From a virus: a DNA stretch of 64,000 nt. The notes beneath the pieces are model-generated. The model ran no database searches. It saw only the letters and a list, made by a program, of their open reading frames with translations, and was not told where the DNA came from. The stretch lies in the IMG/VR virus record IMGVR_UViG_3300043778_000063, positions 8,707 to 72,706 of that record; one strand, 5' to 3'. This document shows, in pieces, positions 1 through 8,661 of this stretch (positions are counted from its first letter, which is position 1; each line of letters begins with the position of its first letter). A program made the position numbers and the translations under genes.

Positions 1-126
1 CCTTGGATCTCGGCTCGACGTGATCCCTGGTTGGATAGAGCAGCGGCACATCGGTGCTCATCGGCCGCGCGCAATAGGTGCAGAGCTTGCCGTTCTGCCG
101 GCGGGACCTGACAAACGGCTTCGTCA

Positions 127-378
127 TCAGATCCCCGCCGCGATCTCGGTTGCTTGGCGCTTCAGGCGGTCCCAGATGCGACAGGCGCGCGCGAAGTCAG
201 TCTCATGGTGGAAGCGGCGGTAGGCCTTCTTGACGCGCCCGTAGACCCGCCTGCGGGCCTTGGGCAGCATGATCCAATGATCGCGGCACAGCCATTCGCT
301 GGCGTAGATGCCATCTCGGCCCGGGTTCCTGCGGGTATGCCGGCAGAAAGGGATGCAGCAGCCGATTCGGTCGCTCAC
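127..378 (-). CDS. Hypothetical phage protein (Cys-containing, basic)
   Basis: 83 aa ORF, 4-nt overlap with upstream gene; CCIPFC and WLCRDHW motifs. Confidence 0.7.
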   Translation of the reverse strand: MSDRIGCCIPFCRHTRRNPGRDGIYASEWLCRDHWIMLPKARRRVYGRVKKAYRRFHHETDFARACRIWDRLKRQATEIAAGI

Positions 379-593
379 GGAGCGATGCCCTCAGCGCAAA
401 AGGCCGCAATGACCTTCGGGACTGGACCCATCATTTCCCTTTCCCAAGCAATTCCTGTGCGAAGTTCTTCTCCGATACGAGCGGAAGCCTCAGCGAGACA
501 AGCCGCCCGATCTTGCTTTTGCTCAAAATCTAACCCGTGGAAATAAGGGCTGACAGGCGAATAGATCAGGATCAAGACGTAGGCGATATTCAT
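375..593 (-). CDS. Hypothetical protein
   Basis: 72 aa, ATGA-coupled with neighbours, GGAGGT RBS. Confidence 0.65.
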   Translation of the reverse strand: MNIAYVLILIYSPVSPYFHGLDFEQKQDRAACLAEASARIGEELRTGIAWEREMMGPVPKVIAAFCAEGIAP

Positions 594-799
594 CGGATAC
601 CTCCGGGCCCGGCGCGCAGCGGGCGAAAGGCCTTGATCATTCTGTCGAAGGCGGCAGCAGCTTCGGCGGCCGTCGCATAATGCGTGCTATCAACAAACCG
701 CTCCTCGGAAAGTCGAATGCGAGCATAGAATGGCTTTTTGCGGTGATCAGTTCGCATGCGGACTCCGCGGTAACCGTGCTTATTTCGCGAACAGGTCAA
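590..799 (-). CDS. AP2-domain DNA-binding protein
   Basis: N-K-H-G-Y-R-G-V...F-Y-A-R-I...Y-A-T-A-A-E-A-A-A-A-F-D matches the AP2/ERF pattern. Confidence 0.7.
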   Translation of the reverse strand: MTCSRNKHGYRGVRMRTDHRKKPFYARIRLSEERFVDSTHYATAAEAAAAFDRMIKAFRPLRAGPGGIR

Positions 800-1391
800 T
801 TTGCTTCCTCGCGTTATTCAGATTCGGCAGCGTCTTCGCAAATCGACTTACCGATGATCCGTCAAAACTGGTAACTCCAGCGTGCGCACATAGAAAGACG
901 CGCCGTTGCGTATTGACGCGGCCGACATGGCATATGGCACCGCACTCCCGAGCCAGCGCGCCCCACATTGCCATGGTCGATTCCTTCCACTCGGTGGTAC
1001 CTCCGACGAAGATACCGCAACGCTTGCCCAGTCGATGCATCACATCGCTCGGAACCATTCCGTCCTGAACCGCGATTAGCGCCACCATGCTGCGCTCCAG
1101 TACCCACGGTAGCCACTTTCGCGACAACTCGAGGCTTTGGAGGCCGCCGGCGACGATGTCCGGCACTACGACGAAATGTGCATTGGCTCCGATTTTGGCG
1201 ACAGCCTCCATGAAAGGCTCCGCCGGAAACGGCATGCTGGCGATGTGCGCGCTCCATGCGCCGTTATCCAGGGCATACTCAAGACCGTAGTTCTTCAAGC
1301 CCGTGGCGGGCGACAGGAGAACGCGCCAGTCCGCACCGCGCAATGCGGCCAAGCTTCTGCGATTCGTCGTATACGCCGCATACGCAATCAC
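780..1391 (-). CDS. dpdA: DpdA/tRNA-guanine transglycosylase-like protein (putative 7-deazaguanine DNA insertase)
   Basis: Compact TIM-barrel motifs ALDNGAW, VPDIV, AVQDG, IFVGG, HVGRVN, SFDGS in TGT/DpdA order. Confidence 0.7.
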   Translation of the reverse strand: MIAYAAYTTNRRSLAALRGADWRVLLSPATGLKNYGLEYALDNGAWSAHIASMPFPAEPFMEAVAKIGANAHFVVVPDIVAGGLQSLELSRKWLPWVLERSMVALIAVQDGMVPSDVMHRLGKRCGIFVGGTTEWKESTMAMWGALARECGAICHVGRVNTQRRVFLCAHAGVTSFDGSSVSRFAKTLPNLNNARKQIDLFAK

Positions 1392-1699
1392 CTGATACCT
1401 CCCGGTCCCGCCTTGAGCGGGAACCGCTCAACCGACGGGTAAAATCCGTATTCGCACTTCTCGCCGGCATCTGTGGTCAGACGCCCCGAGATTCCGTTGC
1501 GGCAGTCACCGCGGTATCGGCTGCTCTTGCTCGGCCGGAAGTGCTGGCAGTTCGAGCAGAGCTTCGGGATATCGCCGGCGTGCTGCGGAGAAGGGCGCCG
1601 CTGCTTTGGGATTGGGATCTCGGGGCGATCGGCTGGCTTCTTCATTGGGGGAGCCCAGGCTCGCGATGCGAGGTCTGCCACGGCTCGATTTTGAGCCAT
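1388..1699 (-). CDS. Hypothetical Cys-rich (Zn-finger-like) protein
   Basis: CSNCQHF...GDC...C motif; coupled to dpdA. Confidence 0.6.
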   Translation of the reverse strand: MAQNRAVADLASRAWAPPMKKPADRPEIPIPKQRRPSPQHAGDIPKLCSNCQHFRPSKSSRYRGDCRNGISGRLTTDAGEKCEYGFYPSVERFPLKAGPGGIR

Positions 1700-1932
1700 T
1701 CCTTTTGTCTATCGAACCGGTAGGCGGAACATGATTGCCGGTCCTCGCTCGCGTGCCGATCGTACGGCGTGCCAGAGCCATGCTCGGTCTTGGGATGATG
1801 AAAGCTCATTCGAGCATATGCTAATGATCTCCCGAAGTGATTCGCGCAGGATCGCGCGGCTGGGCAACTCCAGTCATCGCAATAGCTTTGGCGCCTCGGC
1901 TTGGTCAGTATGTCGTCGCGCGGACGCTTCAT
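1642..1932 (-). CDS. Hypothetical Cys-containing protein
   Basis: YCDDWSCPAARSC motif; start trimmed to MKRPRDD. Confidence 0.55.
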   Translation of the reverse strand: MKRPRDDILTKPRRQSYCDDWSCPAARSCANHFGRSLAYARMSFHHPKTEHGSGTPYDRHASEDRQSCSAYRFDRQKEWLKIEPWQTSHREPGLPQ

Positions 1933-2054
1933 ATCGGCACCGCAAAGACGCTCTGGGCCACGCATTGGATCTTGCAGAGGCCCATAAGCTCAAGTCGATC
2001 CAATCGCATCAAACAGCCCGATATCGAACATCGTGATCGTAAAGCACACATGCA

Positions 2055-2243
2055 TCACGCATCATCCTCTCGCACTTCGCCGTTGCGCTCGACGACCCGG
2101 AAACCTTCGCGCAATTCTTCGATGGCTGTCCCGAGGTAATGACCGGCAACGCCCTTGTTCACCGCATAGGCCTTTCCGTCGATGATGCTGACGACCACCG
2201 GAGAGCCAGCAGCGATGCGCTCGCCGGTCACGTAGAGTTCCAT
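2055..2243 (-). CDS. Small hypothetical protein (resembles DUF2190/cement-like beta fold)
   Basis: MELYVTGERIAAGSPVVV..GKAY..LGTA; TGATG coupling to upstream gene. Confidence 0.55.
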   Translation of the reverse strand: MELYVTGERIAAGSPVVVSIIDGKAYAVNKGVAGHYLGTAIEELREGFRVVERNGEVREDDA

Positions 2244-2461
2244 CAGGACCGTTCCTTCTTGCGGCGCCAATTCTTCTGAGCTTTGGCTTTCTGACGTCTC
2301 CGCTCGACACAGACCGGGCATTCATGCTTCGGCGCGGTTGAGACCTGAGCCGCCGTCAGCAGCGGAAGCGTACCATCGATATAGGTCAGCCAATCGCCGC
2401 GGGTCGAACCGAGGGTTCGAAGTCGACTGCCAAGTTGGTGAAGTTCGGAGCGGGTCATCAT
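2243..2461 (-). CDS. Hypothetical basic protein with CxxC
   Basis: 72 aa ORF just downstream of an inverted-repeat operator-like site. Confidence 0.6.
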   Translation of the reverse strand: MMTRSELHQLGSRLRTLGSTRGDWLTYIDGTLPLLTAAQVSTAPKHECPVCVERRRQKAKAQKNWRRKKERS

Positions 2462-2463
2462 GC

Positions 2464-2495
2464 GTAGATACTACATCCCGGCGCGTAGTGTCTAC
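2464..2495. promoter_or_regulatory. Inverted-repeat operator overlapping a probable minus-strand promoter
   Basis: GTAGATACTAC-10 nt-GTAGTGTCTAC (11-bp IR, 1 mismatch); minus strand reads GTAGAC-16-TAGTAT just before ATG 2461. Confidence 0.55.
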
Positions 2496-2497
2496 AG

Positions 2498-2815
2498 CTA
2501 TCTGACCTGCTTGATCATCCGCTGATACAGCCGGGCCGCCGCCACCGGGTCGTCGATCTGGACCACGTTGCCCTCGTGCTGGATGGTCTTCTGCTGGTCC
2601 GGCATGACCTGCGGGGCCTGGATGCTGGCTATCGCGCCTAGAATCGGGTGGACGAACCTGGCCGCGGCCTTGGCCATGTCGTCGCGGCGCTCCTTGGAGG
2701 CGCGGGGGTCGCGCATGATTCGGAGCATGTATTCCAGTGGGGTGACACCGGATTGAGCAACTACGGCCTCTCGTTTGGTGAGGGGGTTGACCTGTCTTTT
2801 GCTGCGGCGTGCCAT
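2498..2815 (-). CDS. Putative terminase small subunit
   Basis: TPLEYMLRIMRD...RRDDMAKAAARFVHP resembles alphaproteobacterial phage TerS-like proteins. Confidence 0.6.
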   Translation of the reverse strand: MARRSKRQVNPLTKREAVVAQSGVTPLEYMLRIMRDPRASKERRDDMAKAAARFVHPILGAIASIQAPQVMPDQQKTIQHEGNVVQIDDPVAAARLYQRMIKQVR

Positions 2816-2869
2816 TATTTGTACCTGATCGGTAAATGATATCAGATGGTTGTGTTGAAAATCGTCCTG

Positions 2870-3391
2870 TTATCCGAGGTCTGCAAGGTCGAGCGGCTTC
2901 TGCGGTGTAACCGTCCCATCGGCGCCTAAGGTTCTCTCCATGACCCATTCCTGGCGCGCGATCTGCCCCGGATCAAAAGAGGCGACGAAATCCAGCAGGC
3001 GCCGCAGATATGCGCTGCAAGTTTCGTCCTTGCTCTTGCCGCCCAACTCACCGGTCAGCATCAGCATCGATAGGACCGTCTCGCCTTCGGTATTCACCGT
3101 GCCCGCTGCGACAGTCTGGACTGAAACGCCGGCCGCGAGCCGTGCGGAGGCAGATTCGATCGGTTCGATCAGAACTGATTCGCCCTCAGCAGCCAGGATT
3201 GATCCTTCCGGCGGGTGGAAGTGGAAATGGCGGCCTGGCCCGTCAGCCTTGAGGATGGCCTCGATCGCATCGCCGAGCGCGCGCACAAGCGCCCTCTCGT
3301 AATCTGCAGCATGGCTGTCTTTTGGAGCCCGCTCGACCGGATCAAATGCTGCAAAAACAGCATCAGAAAATGCTTTGGCAATCTCACCCAT
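2870..3391 (-). CDS. Hypothetical protein
   Basis: 173 aa ORF with GAGGAGAGG RBS. Confidence 0.7.
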   Translation of the reverse strand: MGEIAKAFSDAVFAAFDPVERAPKDSHAADYERALVRALGDAIEAILKADGPGRHFHFHPPEGSILAAEGESVLIEPIESASARLAAGVSVQTVAAGTVNTEGETVLSMLMLTGELGGKSKDETCSAYLRRLLDFVASFDPGQIARQEWVMERTLGADGTVTPQKPLDLADLG

Positions 3392-3633
3392 TTTAACCTC
3401 TCCTCAATCTTTGCCGCCTAAGTTAACCGCACCACCACCAACTTCGAATCATCTGCGCATGCCGGCAAGCCGGTTCAACGTCGATGACGATGCGCAGCCA
3501 GTAGAGCGCAACGACCAACCCGACAAACGCTAAAACCTTGGGAATCCGTCTCATGTTCGCGCAACGCCTTATTCTCGTGATCGCCGCTACTGCCGCTTGC
3601 TCTTGGGCGCTCGGCGTCGCTGTGGTTCAGATC

Positions 3634-4020
3634 CTACTTTAGGGGTGGATTGTCCCCGGATGCAAGCTCGGATCCGCTGGAATCAACGAGGGCGGTGCGC
3701 GCGAGATTTCTCGCCGTATCGTACATTTTGAATGCCTCTTCCGCCTCTGGATCATCGGTCGAAGCTCCGATGATGGCGTTTCCGCATCTCAGCAGATCCT
3801 CCAACGCCTTCACGAGTTCGTCGTGCGCGTTGCAGGCCTTGACGATGAAGTCGGCGTTGGCGCGACGTTCCGGCTCCATCGCCTCAGAAATAAAGCCGCC
3901 GCCGATCTGTCGGATTTGAACGGCACATACATAGTGATCCGAAGGACCTCCGATGATCATGACCTGTTCTGGTCCCGTCCTTCCGTGGGCCCACGGTCCC
4001 GGCGTTCGCTGTGCCATCAA
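3634..4020 (-). CDS. Hypothetical phage protein (TPGPW...ANAxxI family)
   Basis: RTPGPW and ANADFIVKACNAHDELVKAL motifs. Confidence 0.75.
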   Translation of the reverse strand: MMAQRTPGPWAHGRTGPEQVMIIGGPSDHYVCAVQIRQIGGGFISEAMEPERRANADFIVKACNAHDELVKALEDLLRCGNAIIGASTDDPEAEEAFKMYDTARNLARTALVDSSGSELASGDNPPLK

Positions 4021-4232
4021 TATATCCTCCGCACGTCAGGATCATCGTCATCAAGCACCGATCTCAGGGCGTGAGCTCTGTCAGTCTGAGAATAATCGAA
4101 CGCCTCAAGCGCGGCGATTTCCTGCCGGAGGCGCCGGTTCTCGGACTTCAGTGAGGAGATCCTGACCAGCAACGCGCCGACGATCCCGTTGCTGATCAGA
4201 CTCGTGATGACCCAGACGTTCATGCCGGCCAC
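4017..4232 (-). CDS. Small membrane protein
   Basis: N-terminal hydrophobic helix followed by coiled coil. Confidence 0.55.
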   Translation of the reverse strand: MAGMNVWVITSLISNGIVGALLVRISSLKSENRRLRQEIAALEAFDYSQTDRAHALRSVLDDDDPDVRRIY

Positions 4233-4759
4233 CGGGACGGGTCGACCATCAGATCGTAGATGGCGAAAGCGTGAGCCTTGTCGACGATGGTCACAGTCGA
4301 CCAGAACCTTTCGTCATCCTCGACAGGAATCCCGATTCCCATATTTCGAGCGATGGCGATCGCCATCTTTGCGCGATCCGGCCGCAGCGGCGCTTCCTCT
4401 CGCCTAGCGAAAGTCGTGCTGAAACGCAGCGCGGACACGATCTGGGCGACCTCCGAAACCTCCAGCAGGTCGTCGACGTCAAACGCATCCTTGTCGTCGA
4501 CGCGCCGCGACACGAACCCGAGACGGACACAGCGTTCCAGCCGGTCGGCCAGCGCCTGCGGTTCGGGATGAGGGCCACCATTGGGCAGCAGCTCGACGCC
4601 GACGAACTGCTTCGTCTCGTAGGTGTTCGACGATTTCGCCATGAACTGCTCCACCTCGGGAGCAGAGACGTCGAACGTCGCGAATTCCTGTACGGCCGCA
4701 GCGCCTGCGACATGAGCCGCTGCATTGCAATTCTGGGTCTGGATGACGATTCGGATCAT
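4220..4759 (-). CDS. Hypothetical protein
   Basis: 179 aa, GAGGAG RBS. Confidence 0.7.
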   Translation of the reverse strand: MIRIVIQTQNCNAAAHVAGAAAVQEFATFDVSAPEVEQFMAKSSNTYETKQFVGVELLPNGGPHPEPQALADRLERCVRLGFVSRRVDDKDAFDVDDLLEVSEVAQIVSALRFSTTFARREEAPLRPDRAKMAIAIARNMGIGIPVEDDERFWSTVTIVDKAHAFAIYDLMVDPSRWPA

Positions 4760-4868
4760 GGCTATCTCCTCGTTGCGGAATCAAGTTTTAGCGACAATTA
4801 TCACCGCTGGCTATGGACAAATACGCAAATCGGTAGATAAATCTTGGTGGAACCCAGGAGATCCACCC

Positions 4869-5276
4869 ATGGCGATGGCCCCGATCAGCGAAAACGAACT
4901 CCGGAAACTCACCGCTTGCCAACGCAACATGCTGATTGGACACATCGATGGAGAGGTCGACGTCGCCGTCTGCGACCCGCACAAGGTCCAATCCAGGAAC
5001 GCGCTCATCGGCCAAGGCTACCTCCGGGGCTCGCCCACCGGAGCTGTGAGGCCCAGGACCACGGTCCTCACCGAGCGCGGCCGGGCCATGCTCGGCGTGG
5101 TTTTGGGCGATTACGCCGATGCGCTGATCCGCGCTGGCATCCTCAAGCAGCAGCATCCGCTTGAGGTTTTGAAGCATCTCAAGCTGTCGCGCGGCGACGC
5201 ACGTGATCAATTCCAGCCTGATGTTCCCAAAGCTCAGTTGGCATCGAGAAATTCCAAAATCCCTGATGGCCGTTGA
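4869..5276 (+). CDS. Hypothetical protein (possible winged helix)
   Basis: AGGAG RBS before ATG 4869; LTERGRAML wHTH-like end; only plus-strand gene in this block. Confidence 0.6.
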   Translation: MAMAPISENELRKLTACQRNMLIGHIDGEVDVAVCDPHKVQSRNALIGQGYLRGSPTGAVRPRTTVLTERGRAMLGVVLGDYADALIRAGILKQQHPLEVLKHLKLSRGDARDQFQPDVPKAQLASRNSKIPDGR

Positions 5277-5742
5277 TTTTGATCGGTTCATCGAATCGTC
5301 GAATATCCGACATCGGCCACGCCCAATTGCAATGCTCCAGCCGATCGCTGTCGTTGATCAGGGCTGCCCATTCTGGTTTTAGTTCGCAACTCAGAGTCGG
5401 CTTTCCGATCGTCGCCGTTCCGAGCAGCGCGGAGTGCTCGATTATGCCCATGCACTTGTGCGCTGACATCAGGCGGTCAAGAAGCGGCCGCGCCAGATCC
5501 GGGACCAATCCGGTTGATCCATCCTCGTCATCCAAGCGGGCCAGAAGGTCTCGAACTTCCGCCGGCTTGGTTGGTCGCGCGCCGGCATGAATTCCGATCG
5601 TGTCGCCAACGCGCACACCGACGCCGCGTGTAGCATAGTTCCAACTTCGAAATTCCCACGGCTTCGCGCCGATCATGATCAGGCTTGCCCAGGGCTGCCA
5701 TAACGTGATCACTTTGATTTCCTTGAACATGGCCATTTTCAT
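5179..5742 (-). CDS. ASCH domain protein
   Basis: KVITLWQPWASLIMIGAKPWEFRSW...IGIHAG...GHQGFW. Confidence 0.85.
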   Translation of the reverse strand: MKMAMFKEIKVITLWQPWASLIMIGAKPWEFRSWNYATRGVGVRVGDTIGIHAGARPTKPAEVRDLLARLDDEDGSTGLVPDLARPLLDRLMSAHKCMGIIEHSALLGTATIGKPTLSCELKPEWAALINDSDRLEHCNWAWPMSDIRRFDEPIKINGHQGFWNFSMPTELWEHQAGIDHVRRRATA

Positions 5743-6101
5743 TCATCCCCTCTGAGTGATGGTCTTTCATGATTCGGCCGCACGAGCTGCCGCTCGCCGT
5801 TGAAATCGACCACGGTCCACCCCATCGACAGCAGCAGCGGGAGCGATACCGTCGGGACGCCATTCGCATCAACCTGCAGCGGTTCGACTCCGGCCTGTTC
5901 GTAATCGCGCCGGATCGCCCGCTTCGTGGTCTCAAGAGTGAACTGCCGCGCGGATTCATGCCGCGCCGCCTCAGCGGCAGCCTCCTGTGCGGCGGTCGCT
6001 GCATTCCGCTCCTTCAGCCGGTCCAGATACGCGCGGCGCTCTGCGGCCTCATGGCGGTCGAAGATGTCCTCCGGTTCCCAGGGCTCGTTGAAGGATCTCA
6101 T
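5739..6101 (-). CDS. Hypothetical protein
   Basis: 120 aa, ATGA-coupled on both sides. Confidence 0.7.
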   Translation of the reverse strand: MRSFNEPWEPEDIFDRHEAAERRAYLDRLKERNAATAAQEAAAEAARHESARQFTLETTKRAIRRDYEQAGVEPLQVDANGVPTVSLPLLLSMGWTVVDFNGERQLVRPNHERPSLRGDE

Positions 6102-7042
6102 TCTGCGGCCCTCGCGAATAGAGGGCTGTCGTCGTCGACGCGGCGGCGGGCCATGGCGGCGTAGGAGGGATTGAGTTCGATGAGGATCGCGTTGCGGCCC
6201 TCGCGCGCGGCGACCATGCCCACTGTGCCGCTACCTCCGAACGGGTCGAGGACGATGCCACCGACCGGGCATCCTGCAAGGATGCATGGCGTAATCAGTG
6301 CCGGCGGGAATGTCGCAAAGTGTGCCTCGGGATAGGGATCTGTGACTGTGGTCCATACCGTGCGCTTGTTGCGTTTTGTGACAGGCCCAAGGGTGCTGGC
6401 CTGGAAGCTACGGTTGTGTCGGTTACCGCTTCCTGGTCGCGTCGCTTTCGGCGAATTTCCCGTGCCGCGTGAATGGGTATTGGGACTGCAGTCCTCGGCG
6501 ATCGCCGCTGCATCGTAAAAATATTGCTCGGACTTGGTAAGCATGAAGAGAAATTCGTGCGTACAGGTTGGTCTGTCCTTGACGTTCTCCGGTAGCGGGT
6601 TGAGCTTGTACCAAACGACATCCCGCCGCAACCACCAACCGGCATCACGCGCAGCGAAGGCGAATCGCCAGGGCATGCCAACCAAGTCCTTTGGTTTCAG
6701 GCCAGTCTTCCGCTTCTCTCGGCCGATGCGCGTCTCGCCGCCATGCAGATATCTCGTGTGTTTGCCCCCGATGGCGCCGCCCCCCTTGCCATCGTTGGCA
6801 TAGCAATCACCGAGGTTAACCCAAGCTACGCCATCGTTTCGCAGCACCCGCTTCACCTCGTTGAACACTTCGACCATGACTAGCAGCCAATCCTCGAAGT
6901 TTTCTTCCTGCCCGATCTGACCTTCGACCTCGTAATCTCGGAGCCCCCAATAGGGCGGCGACGTTACGACGCAATTCACGCTCTGGGCCGGCAGGAGTTT
7001 CAACTGCTCGAGCGCGTCGCCGATGATGATCTTGACAGTCAT
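6098..7042 (-). CDS. Site-specific DNA methyltransferase, beta class (N4-C/N6-A)
   Basis: VTSPPY catalytic motif, HFATFPPAL, VLDPFGGSGT SAM motif; start MTVKIIIGD coupled to upstream stop. Confidence 0.92.
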   Translation of the reverse strand: MTVKIIIGDALEQLKLLPAQSVNCVVTSPPYWGLRDYEVEGQIGQEENFEDWLLVMVEVFNEVKRVLRNDGVAWVNLGDCYANDGKGGGAIGGKHTRYLHGGETRIGREKRKTGLKPKDLVGMPWRFAFAARDAGWWLRRDVVWYKLNPLPENVKDRPTCTHEFLFMLTKSEQYFYDAAAIAEDCSPNTHSRGTGNSPKATRPGSGNRHNRSFQASTLGPVTKRNKRTVWTTVTDPYPEAHFATFPPALITPCILAGCPVGGIVLDPFGGSGTVGMVAAREGRNAILIELNPSYAAMARRRVDDDSPLFARAAE

Positions 7043-7707
7043 CGCTGCTCCTCGACCGTAGCGGCCAGCAGCGCGACCGCAGAGCGATTCTGATATTCTG
7101 CGATCTTCTTTCGCATCGCTGCTTCCTGCTCCGGCGTGAATTCCCGGATCGGTTCGGCGAGCAAGAGTTCGTTGAGTTTGCGTCGCACGGCCATGACCCG
7201 ATAGGTTTCCGTCATCGAGATCGTGCGCAACGTGGATGGGCCTGGCTGCCAAACATAATCGTACTTCTCACCGCACTCGCCGCGGTACCAACGCCGCATT
7301 GCCTCCTGGACGGCCCAACTCGGCACGTCCTCAAGCGCGGCCATGTAGGCCTCCCCTTTGGCGTCGCCGGCCATATCGCCGGCCTCTTTGCTCGGAAGGG
7401 CCATCGTCATCTTCGTCACGGTCGTGAGCGTTGAGACCCCATGCGTAGTGTCTTCCGCCGGCGTCATCTTCAGCACATCGTCCAATGCGGCCACATGCTG
7501 CTCAACGAGATGCTTTTGGTTGAGATCCAAAATCAAACCCTTCGGCATAATCGGCACCTCCCGATAGATCCCCTGCTTGTCCGGTTGACTTGCGCGTTTC
7601 AAGGAATCGCAACGCTGCTGCACCCATGGTGGCAACGTGGTGAGCTTCGCGGGCTGTCGCGCGTCCGGCGGACGAATCGGCTCGACTACCGTGAGTTCCG
7701 TTCCCAT
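7039..7707 (-). CDS. Putative helicase loader/replication protein (lambda P position)
   Basis: YMAALEDVPSWAVQEAMRRW..P motif directly after the initiator gene. Confidence 0.55.
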   Translation of the reverse strand: MGTELTVVEPIRPPDARQPAKLTTLPPWVQQRCDSLKRASQPDKQGIYREVPIMPKGLILDLNQKHLVEQHVAALDDVLKMTPAEDTTHGVSTLTTVTKMTMALPSKEAGDMAGDAKGEAYMAALEDVPSWAVQEAMRRWYRGECGEKYDYVWQPGPSTLRTISMTETYRVMAVRRKLNELLLAEPIREFTPEQEAAMRKKIAEYQNRSAVALLAATVEEQR

Positions 7708-8263
7708 TCGATATTCCTCCCTGTCGATTCAACTTCGGAGCTTCTCGGCGCATCCAGCCGTAGAATGTCGATCTCCAGTCCGCCTTACGTGCCACCGCTC
7801 GGTTGGCGTTTCCCCTGGCCCAGAGCCGCATGTCTTCTGCGCATCCATTGACTTGCTGCCGGGTGATCCCGAGCTTTTCGCCGTAGAGATAATCGGCCTC
7901 CAGGACTACCCAATCTTCCGCCAACGATGTCCCGCGTTTTGTCCCACTTTGTCCCGGGACATCAGATTTAGCTCTTCTTTCTTTCTTGTTAGAATCCTGA
8001 ATCTTACTACTATCTAAGGAAGGTATAGCGTTCACTACGTGTCCCGGGACATGTCCCGTCGATTTCTGGGACATTCGGAGACGGTAATCAGCCTTTCGCA
8101 AACGCTCCCTCTCGCGAAAATCAGCATCCGATCCCCTAGATCTAGTAGAGGTTCCCATCGCCGCCTCGACGGTGCGAGCTGTCTCAATGACGATGTCCCA
8201 TGGGACATTCTGGGACATCATCCTTTCGACCAGGTCGCAGATCGGGGTGGGCGTTTCCGTCAT
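7502..8263 (-). CDS. Putative replication initiator (lambda O-like architecture)
   Basis: RERERLRKADYR helix, low-complexity linker carrying iterons, C-terminal DWRSTFYGWMR domain. Confidence 0.7.
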   Translation of the reverse strand: MTETPTPICDLVERMMSQNVPWDIVIETARTVEAAMGTSTRSRGSDADFRERERLRKADYRLRMSQKSTGHVPGHVVNAIPSLDSSKIQDSNKKERRAKSDVPGQSGTKRGTSLAEDWVVLEADYLYGEKLGITRQQVNGCAEDMRLWARGNANRAVARKADWRSTFYGWMRREAPKLNRQGGISNGNGTHGSRADSSAGRATAREAHHVATMGAAALRFLETRKSTGQAGDLSGGADYAEGFDFGSQPKASR

Positions 8264-8285
8264 TTGTCCCGCTTGTCCCGGGACA
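7928..8285. repeat. Iteron cluster TGTCCC/GGGACA (candidate replication origin)
   Basis: TGTCCCGGGACA palindromes at 7950, 8040, 8274; TGTCCCATGGGACA at 8194; further half-sites at 7928, 7940, 8052, 8068, 8212, 8265; AT-rich 7965-8030 between. Confidence 0.75.
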
Positions 8286-8463
8286 GATCGACAGAAAACA
8301 GGTGGATCTTGCGGAGGATTTTTGAGGCAATTTCGGAGAGTCTTGTCGGCCTCCAGTCGCCGGCGTCCTCCTCGCAACCACGACGATATCGAAGCCGGGT
8401 ATCCCTTGGAATTGGGTAGCCATCGGCATCCAGGCCGTCGTCTTCCCAGTCGTCTTCGGGCAT
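8260..8463 (-). CDS. Hypothetical protein
   Basis: 67 aa, coupled to initiator start. Confidence 0.55.
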   Translation of the reverse strand: MPEDDWEDDGLDADGYPIPRDTRLRYRRGCEEDAGDWRPTRLSEIASKILRKIHLFSVDLSRDKRDK

Positions 8464-8516
8464 CGGAATCCCTTTGTGAAGGACCGATGAATTTTGCGGA
8501 AATGTGGGACAGGAGG

Positions 8517-8630
8517 TTGACGGCGGGCGGCGTTCGCCCTACATCTTGTGCCTATCCGATGCTCCCGCGAAGAACCATCGGTTTAGTTTGAACGGCCCGC
8601 CCTTTGCCCCGGCGGGTCGTTGCATTTTGT
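8517..8630 (+). ncRNA. Candidate antisense small RNA with its own promoter and terminator
   Basis: TTGACG-17-TACATC; hairpin CCGATG/CATCGG (8556-8581); hairpin AACGGCCCGCC/GGCGGGTCGTT (8591-8621) followed by GCATTTTGT. Confidence 0.45.
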
Positions 8631-8661
8631 ACGTCCGACTCGGTTCCGAAGTCAATGGCTG

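Noticed and set aside
1932-2055. Possible TGA readthrough joining MHVCFT... to the 1642 ORF
   Set aside because: In-frame stop with no supporting motif or recoding signal; likely chance
7043-7252. 70-aa N-terminal extension of the MTase ORF
   Set aside because: Overlaps the upstream gene; the ATGA-coupled start at 7042 gives a typical MTase N-terminus
7928-8285. Repeats as a possible CRISPR array
   Set aside because: Units are 6-14 bp, irregularly spaced, inside a CDS, with no cas genes; better explained as iterons
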